DNA of 64,000 nt, from the NCBI GenBank assembly GCA_964391265.1, contig CAYMLT010000001.1, positions 905 to 64,904 on the forward strand, given 5' to 3'. Position 1 is the stretch's first letter, and every line of letters begins with the position of its first letter. The notes under the pieces are model-generated. The model worked only from the letters and a program-made list of their open reading frames with translations, ran no database searches and was not told the DNA's origin. The position numbers and the translations under genes were made by a program. Below, in pieces: positions 58,740-64,000 of the stretch. This DNA comes from an uncultured archaeon (GTDB lineage: Archaea > Asgardarchaeota > Thorarchaeia > Thorarchaeales > Thorarchaeaceae).

Positions 58740-59483
58740 ATGGACCAAAGTGAGGCGCTTCAGAGGCTTGCAGAAGCGATGGCGGGTGAAATCTGCTTGG
58801 CAGAGAATGACCCCGGTGCAGTGATGAAAAGGTGGCGAGAACGATTCCAGATATCCCAGAAGAATCTGGCAAAGCACCTTGAGGTTTCCCCTTCGGTGAT
58901 AAGTGATTATGAAAGCGGCAGACGAAAGTCACCTCGTGTAGAAACTATCAAACGGTTTGTAGAGGGTCTCATTGCCATGGATGCAGCTAGCGGTGGTCGA
59001 ATTGCTATAGCCCTTGAAAAGCTGGTAACACCTGAGATAGCATCCGATGCAATATTGGATAGTCGGGAATTCGGAGTTCCAATACCAGCTCGCCTGCTAG
59101 TTGAGAAGCTTGATTGCAAGGTCCTAACCCACAAGAGTCTCTTGGATCGGGACATCTATGGATATACCGCACTTGACAGTATCAAAGCAATAGTGACTCT
59201 GACTCCGCAACAGCTCCTGCTTCTGTATGGGGGAACAACACAGAGAGCCGCAATCCTCACTAACGTTACAACAGGTAGGTCTCCAATGGTTGCGATTAAA
59301 GCAAGTCAGATTGGCACATCAGTAGCTGTGAAACCCGCTGTTGTCATTTTGCAGGGTGTAAAGGAACTTGATCCCCTTGCGGTAAAAATTGCTGACAGTA
59401 TCCACGTCCCCCTCTGCGTATCAGAGATACAGACACCCGAAGAGCTGGTACGCGAGCTACGAACGTTTGAGCCGCACAGATGA
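58740..59483 (+). CDS. XRE-type HTH transcriptional regulator with a C-terminal unknown domain
   Basis: HTH ISQKNLAKHLEVSPSVISDYESG. Start trimmed to Met60, because the longer ORF overlaps the divergent GTPase gene. Confidence 0.45.
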   Translation: MDQSEALQRLAEAMAGEICLAENDPGAVMKRWRERFQISQKNLAKHLEVSPSVISDYESGRRKSPRVETIKRFVEGLIAMDAASGGRIAIALEKLVTPEIASDAILDSREFGVPIPARLLVEKLDCKVLTHKSLLDRDIYGYTALDSIKAIVTLTPQQLLLLYGGTTQRAAILTNVTTGRSPMVAIKASQIGTSVAVKPAVVILQGVKELDPLAVKIADSIHVPLCVSEIQTPEELVRELRTFEPHR

Positions 59484-59502
59484 TTATACAGAAGTGAATC
59501 TC

Positions 59503-60798
59503 ATGAATTTCGACATGGAAATCAATGACCCAGTCCACGGATTCATAGGACTGACCGACGTAGAAACGAAGATCGTAAATTCTGAACCATATCAACGACT
59601 TCGTAGAATTAAGCAGCTCTCAGGCGCACATTATGTGTATCCAGCTGCGGAACACACACGTTTTGGACATTGCTTAGGAGCAATGTACTTGTCAGGTCTT
59701 GTCGGAAAGCGACTTCTAGGTCAACTAGACCTTGGTGAAGATACACTACAAGAAGTACGACTTGCGGGGCTCCTACATGATTTAGGACATGGACCATTTA
59801 GTCATGTATTTGAAGAACCATTAATTGAGAGGCAGGGGAAAAACCATGAAGATGTGACCGAGTGGATTATTCGTGAGAGTGAAGTTGGTGACATTCTTGA
59901 GAATGCCGGAATCTCAAAGAACCGAATAGGTGATTTAGTCCGAGGGCGCAGAACAAAAAAGAAGGACAGCATTGTCAGTGCCATTGCCGCAGGGCAAGTA
60001 GATGCGGATAAGATGGACTATCTAATTCGTGACTCGTTTTACTGCGGTGTGAACTATGGATTGGTTGATATCCACCGACTAATCAATAGTATGGAAATAT
60101 CTCGAGATCATGAATTGCATTTTGATTTAGCTGCACGGGGGTCACTAGAATCATTTCTGGTGGCACGCTATGAGATGTTCTTGAATGTGTATTACCACAA
60201 AGCAGTACGTAGCGTGGAAGTAATGCTAATCAGACTCATCGGTGCCGCTGATAAAGTTCTGAACCTCACAGCATTCAAAACACCAGAGGAGTTCCTGTCT
60301 CTTGATGATATGTCACTTGTTTCTCGTATACGACGAATAAATCCCTCTGAGTCTGATAATGCACGTGAGGCATCAAAAATGATGCAAATGTTGGATTCCA
60401 GAATCCTCTACAAATCAGCATTTGAAAAGGTTCTACATACAGATGATCGGTTCGTGTCCAAAGTACTAACTAAAAGAAAAGTGCGCGAGAGTCTAGAAGA
60501 GGAAATTGCAGAATCAGCCAAGGTTCCATCAGATGAAGTCATTGTAGATGTACCCACTCTTCCATCGGTGCCTTACAATCCCCACCAACTCGACCCGATG
60601 GAGATTGCAATCTTTGAACTCGTTGAGGGAAAGCGCGTTCAAAGGAAGCTATCTGAGTTCTCCAAATTTGCGGAAATGATGAAGGTCTATCTTGACGTGA
60701 TACGAGTATACACATTCGATAAGCACCGAGCCAAAGTTGGACGTGCTGCACGAGAGATCTTCCAAGAGTCTCCTGATGCCGCCATGATACACATGTGA
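59503..60798 (+). CDS. HD-domain phosphohydrolase (dGTPase/SAMHD1-like dNTP triphosphohydrolase family)
   Basis: HTRFGHCLG...LLHDLGHGPFSH. Start trimmed to the internal Met. Confidence 0.7.
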   Translation: MNFDMEINDPVHGFIGLTDVETKIVNSEPYQRLRRIKQLSGAHYVYPAAEHTRFGHCLGAMYLSGLVGKRLLGQLDLGEDTLQEVRLAGLLHDLGHGPFSHVFEEPLIERQGKNHEDVTEWIIRESEVGDILENAGISKNRIGDLVRGRRTKKKDSIVSAIAAGQVDADKMDYLIRDSFYCGVNYGLVDIHRLINSMEISRDHELHFDLAARGSLESFLVARYEMFLNVYYHKAVRSVEVMLIRLIGAADKVLNLTAFKTPEEFLSLDDMSLVSRIRRINPSESDNAREASKMMQMLDSRILYKSAFEKVLHTDDRFVSKVLTKRKVRESLEEEIAESAKVPSDEVIVDVPTLPSVPYNPHQLDPMEIAIFELVEGKRVQRKLSEFSKFAEMMKVYLDVIRVYTFDKHRAKVGRAAREIFQESPDAAMIHM

Positions 60799-60879
60799 TT
60801 TTGCACCCTACAAATTTGTGGGGGTTATATAGTCAATACCGAGATTCATCAGTGGACCTTAGGTTCTGGAGCTGAGCCC

Positions 60880-61827
60880 TTGACTGATGATCTCAATGAA
60901 TCCCTGCAAAACATCAAGATGATTACTGGAGTTGAGAATGTAGTTCTTATTCAGAAAGATGGACTCCCAGTTGCGAGTGCAGGAGTATGGTTTAGCAAAG
61001 AAGAGGTCTTTGCAGTGGCATCATCGACCTGTGCGATTTTTGGAGTTGCTAGACTAATCCACGGTGATTTCAAGTACCTCTTAATGGAATCTGAAACGTC
61101 CAAGGTATTTCTTGCATCACTTCCAAACAATCCCGATTATTTTCTCACAATCACTACTGCACCAAGAGTCAATCTTGCAGCACTCTTTATAGAAATGCGA
61201 GATAGTATGACACGGGTTTCATTTATACTACGACAACATGCAGATGGGCGACTTCCTCCGCTTCGTTCATATAGCGTAGAGGAAACACAGCAAGTACTTA
61301 GCGGCTTTGCAGTCGCTGATGGAAACGCGCCAACTTATTCAACTTCCCGTTCCACAATTTCACTCGACCGTTCCCAAGCTCTAGCTCTTAGATCCGTACT
61401 TCGCCAACTTCACGACAGTATTCCCAATATTGAATCTGTTTTTCTTTCACTGAGTGGAGGTGTCAGGGTATCCCTTGAAGGCTTCACAAATGATCGTCTT
61501 GCTGCTATGTCATTTGCGTTACACGATGCATCTGAGAGAGTTGTGCGCACACTACGTAACAGTTCACTTCAGACAGTATTGTGCGAAACAGGAGAGAACC
61601 GTCATTTTATCTATGCTGTCCCTAATGGCGTATTCAGTCTGTGGGTGAAAAAAGATAACCAAAAGCTAGGATTGATGCGTCTTCTTCTGAAACACTATAT
61701 CGCAGAAACGCAGAGAGTTCTAAGTTCCGCTTCAGTTACTCGCCCTGCACTACCTCAGGATTTACGCGAACTGCTGCTTTCTGAACGCCCCAAGAGGGAC
61801 CTTCTCGTAATGAGGAAACGAACATGA
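60880..61827 (+). CDS. Tandem Roadblock/LC7 (MglB-like) domain protein
   Basis: ITGVENVVLIQKDGLPVASAG is a typical roadblock start; a second roadblock-like half begins IESVFLSLSGGVRVSLEG. Confidence 0.55.
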   Translation: MTDDLNESLQNIKMITGVENVVLIQKDGLPVASAGVWFSKEEVFAVASSTCAIFGVARLIHGDFKYLLMESETSKVFLASLPNNPDYFLTITTAPRVNLAALFIEMRDSMTRVSFILRQHADGRLPPLRSYSVEETQQVLSGFAVADGNAPTYSTSRSTISLDRSQALALRSVLRQLHDSIPNIESVFLSLSGGVRVSLEGFTNDRLAAMSFALHDASERVVRTLRNSSLQTVLCETGENRHFIYAVPNGVFSLWVKKDNQKLGLMRLLLKHYIAETQRVLSSASVTRPALPQDLRELLLSERPKRDLLVMRKRT

Positions 61828-62741
61828 ATTATTCAGTAATGCGACTAATCGAGCTAATGGGTGAGGATTTCCCCCTTCTGCTAAACTCGATATTAAACCG
61901 TCTTCCAATTCTGGTAGTAGGAAATGATATCGAGATAGTAGATGATGTTGTAGAGAGCACTGCACAATTAGGCCCACACAGACATAAGATGGTCTTCTGG
62001 AGGGATTTCACTTCCGAAGATGAGATTCTGTCAGTCTGGGAAGAAGAAAAACACAATTACGAAGTCAATCGAACCACCGTATGTTGCCTCGCCTCCAATT
62101 TACGATTAGCATTGGAGAGGATTAGGCAATTTACAGGATGGATTATCGGAATTCCTCTTGGGAAGCTATCACTTGGAATGCATGTCAATGAAGAAACGTT
62201 AGATGAGGTAATCGCTCATATCTCACAAACGACAAAGTCCTGTGGTGTTCTAAAGGTGTCTTCTCCTTCAGTGATGGAATTCACTCTTGTAAACCTCGAA
62301 CAAGATAATCTTGAAGTAGAGAAACGAATCGTTGACAAGATTCTGACAAGAAAGAATCAATCTCTTGAGCGTATTAGAAGACTCCTGGGTAAATCACTAC
62401 GTGAGGCCAAAGTATCAGATGGCATTATGAATGCAGTACTGAAGTTAGATGACGAATCGGAGAAAATCACTCATGATATGTTTGTTGAGGAAATTAACAG
62501 CTTTGTCCATGCAGCTAGAAGAGCAGTCACACTTCTCTCACGAGTACGTCTTGCAAGAGAGCTAGGCACAAACACCGTTCTTACTGAACGCAACCTTTAC
62601 GAAGCAATTGGGTGGGAAGGAGGGTCTCTTCCCGATCTCATTAGATTTATTCATGCTGAATGGCACGAAGACTTTTCCGATTGTATTAAACTTGGAACGC
62701 TATCCGGGCTTGGAGCTTGGGTCGATAGTATGTGGGGTTAG
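61824..62741 (+). CDS. Hypothetical protein inside the roadblock-GTPase operon
   Basis: 305 aa; overlaps the stop of the upstream gene by 4 nt. Confidence 0.3.
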   Translation: MNYSVMRLIELMGEDFPLLLNSILNRLPILVVGNDIEIVDDVVESTAQLGPHRHKMVFWRDFTSEDEILSVWEEEKHNYEVNRTTVCCLASNLRLALERIRQFTGWIIGIPLGKLSLGMHVNEETLDEVIAHISQTTKSCGVLKVSSPSVMEFTLVNLEQDNLEVEKRIVDKILTRKNQSLERIRRLLGKSLREAKVSDGIMNAVLKLDDESEKITHDMFVEEINSFVHAARRAVTLLSRVRLARELGTNTVLTERNLYEAIGWEGGSLPDLIRFIHAEWHEDFSDCIKLGTLSGLGAWVDSMWG

Positions 62742-62753
62742 GAGGTCTGGCTT

Positions 62754-63335
62754 TTGATAGTAGACTACGGTAACCGAACTGTTGGATTGAAAATAGTATT
62801 CTTTGGACCTGCAATGAGTGGAAAGACAACATCAATCAGATGGTTGTTTAAGAGTCTTGATTGTGCAGATCGACTAACATCAATTGAAAATACCGTTGGT
62901 CGGACCATGTTTTGTGATTTTGGAACTATTCCCTTTACGCTTGGAGACAGCTGGACAATCAACACTCATATATGGTCTGCGACAGGCCAAGATTTCTATC
63001 GCTCAACTAGAGAGGTCGTACTTGTAGGGGCCGACGGTATAGTATTTGTTGCGGATTCCAAAGAATCATTATTGAATGAGAATTTGGCAAGCTGGAATGA
63101 ATTAATGGCTCTTGTGTCAGAGGATGAAAGACCATTTCCAATAGTCATCTGCCTCAATAAGCAAGACCTTCCAGATGCAATTGACGAAGAACGAATACGA
63201 ACACATCTTCATATTCCTTCTTCGATTCCAGTACTGAAGAGTGTTGCAATGAATGGATTGAATGTTCTCGAGGCATTCGAAATCCTCTTTCACGATGCAA
63301 TGCGAGCAAGTGCAACAATGCAACCAATGCAATGA
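62754..63335 (+). CDS. Small Ras-superfamily GTPase (MglA/Arf/Rag-like)
   Basis: P-loop GPAMSGKTT, G3 motif SATGQD and G4 motif NKQD; 193 aa. Confidence 0.7.
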   Translation: MIVDYGNRTVGLKIVFFGPAMSGKTTSIRWLFKSLDCADRLTSIENTVGRTMFCDFGTIPFTLGDSWTINTHIWSATGQDFYRSTREVVLVGADGIVFVADSKESLLNENLASWNELMALVSEDERPFPIVICLNKQDLPDAIDEERIRTHLHIPSSIPVLKSVAMNGLNVLEAFEILFHDAMRASATMQPMQ

Positions 63336-63441
63336 TTTGGTAGTTTCAGCGATTACTTTATACGAATTTGAAATGGTCGGTCAAATGACTTGGTTACTTA
63401 ATCAGAACCAATAAGAAAACATTGAGGCAGTGCTATTGGGA

Positions 63442-64000
63442 TTGAACAAAAACAATGTCAAATTCATATTTGTTACAGGTGGAGTACTCTCAGGTATTGG
63501 TAAAGGGGTGACCACTGCTTCAATTGCGAAGCTTCTGCAGTTTAGAGGTTACAATATCAAGATTATGAAAATCGATCCATACCTGAATATCGACCCAGGG
63601 ACAATGAATCCAATCGAACATGGAGAGGTCTTCGTCACCGATCAAACATGGACTTTCAGGCCAGTAGATGATTCTGAGTTCAATATATGTGAAATTGACC
63701 TAGACTTCGGAACATATGAGAGATTTACAGGTATTGAGGCACACCCTTCAGAGAACATAACATCGGGGCAAATTTACTTGTCCGTTATTCTTAGAGAGCG
63801 GAAAGGAAGCTATCTTGGTCGCACCGTACAAATCATACCCCACATTACAGACTATATTAAACAGCGAATATGGGATGTAGCTTCCCGCGATCCTTCGTTG
63901 GACGTAGTTCTAGTTGAGATTGGAGGTACTGTAGGTGACATTGAAGCGATGCCCTTCCTAGAAGCAGTGCGTCAACTAGCTCGAGAGGAAGGACGAAGCA
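63442..64000 (+). CDS. pyrG: CTP synthase, N-terminal part (gene runs off the window end)
   Basis: [16 protein letters not shown]...[18 protein letters not shown] or GTG start is likely (63430-63442). Confidence 0.8.
   Translation, partial: MNKNNVKFIFVTGGVLSGIGKGVTTASIAKLLQFRGYNIKIMKIDPYLNIDPGTMNPIEHGEVFVTDQTWTFRPVDDSEFNICEIDLDFGTYERFTGIEAHPSENITSGQIYLSVILRERKGSYLGRTVQIIPHITDYIKQRIWDVASRDPSLDVVLVEIGGTVGDIEAMPFLEAVRQLAREEGRS

Noticed and set aside
1-64000. CRISPR arrays and cas genes
   Set aside because: No regularly spaced direct repeats of 24-40 bp and no Cas-like ORFs anywhere in the window.

Overview
The GC content (about 40%), the leaderless archaeal-type gene arrangement and the encoded proteins all point to an archaeal chromosome, plausibly from an Asgard-like lineage. 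The eukaryote-like signals are an Rpb8-type RNA polymerase subunit, roadblock proteins next to a small GTPase, a GINS-MCM operon and a saccharopine-pathway gene pair.

Core content:
- Metabolism and housekeeping: proteasome-activating nucleotidase (PAN), NAC alpha, a solitary A/V-ATPase subunit D, ADP-forming acetyl-CoA synthetase, indolepyruvate ferredoxin oxidoreductase alpha and beta (IorAB), HypF, the saccharopine-pathway pair (lysine-ketoglutarate reductase, LKR, and saccharopine dehydrogenase, SDH), GlmS, ribosomal protein uS10, isopentenyl phosphate kinase.
- A replication gene island: Orc1/Cdc6 followed by a small winged-helix gene, the two RFC subunit genes, Gins23-MCM, Hel308.
- Also a histone-deacetylase-family gene, a 2H phosphoesterase, AAA ATPases, Trm14, a GPN-loop GTPase, an HD-domain dNTPase-like protein, the roadblock/small-GTPase module and the start of pyrG.

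Most interesting region: 25.7-42.8 kb is accessory-like and bounded or punctuated by tRNA genes. It encodes:
- a 1282-aa membrane-anchored HerA/VirB4-like ATPase;
- two large N-glycosylation-rich surface proteins;
- a minus-strand operon of an Rpb8-like protein, a TFB paralog, a VirB11/FlaI-family secretion ATPase with an N-terminal cysteine cluster, and a 67-aa membrane protein;
- an orphan KorA-like gene whose 3' end is overlapped by a surface-protein ORF;
- two hypothetical genes and a TnpB (IS200/IS605 OrfB) C-terminal remnant;
- tRNA-Glu, tRNA-Gly, and tRNA-like 5' and 3' fragments that look like one tRNA gene split by a 3.4-kb insertion flanked by an 8-bp direct repeat.

Other notable features:
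- A candidate replication origin at about 15.3-15.5 kb: two inverted origin recognition box (ORB) repeats flank an AT-rich unwinding element and are bracketed by GGAACACGTGTTCC palindromes. A third ORB lies at 19.6 kb.
- A tRNA-Pro(GGG) with two introns, one of them non-canonical in the T-loop.
- A recurrent 12-bp palindrome, GAACACGTGTTC, in at least five intergenic or promoter positions.
- A recurrent near-palindrome, TTGTA-N-TACAA, next to many gene boundaries.

All calls rest on reading the sequence and the ORF translations by eye; no database searches were run.
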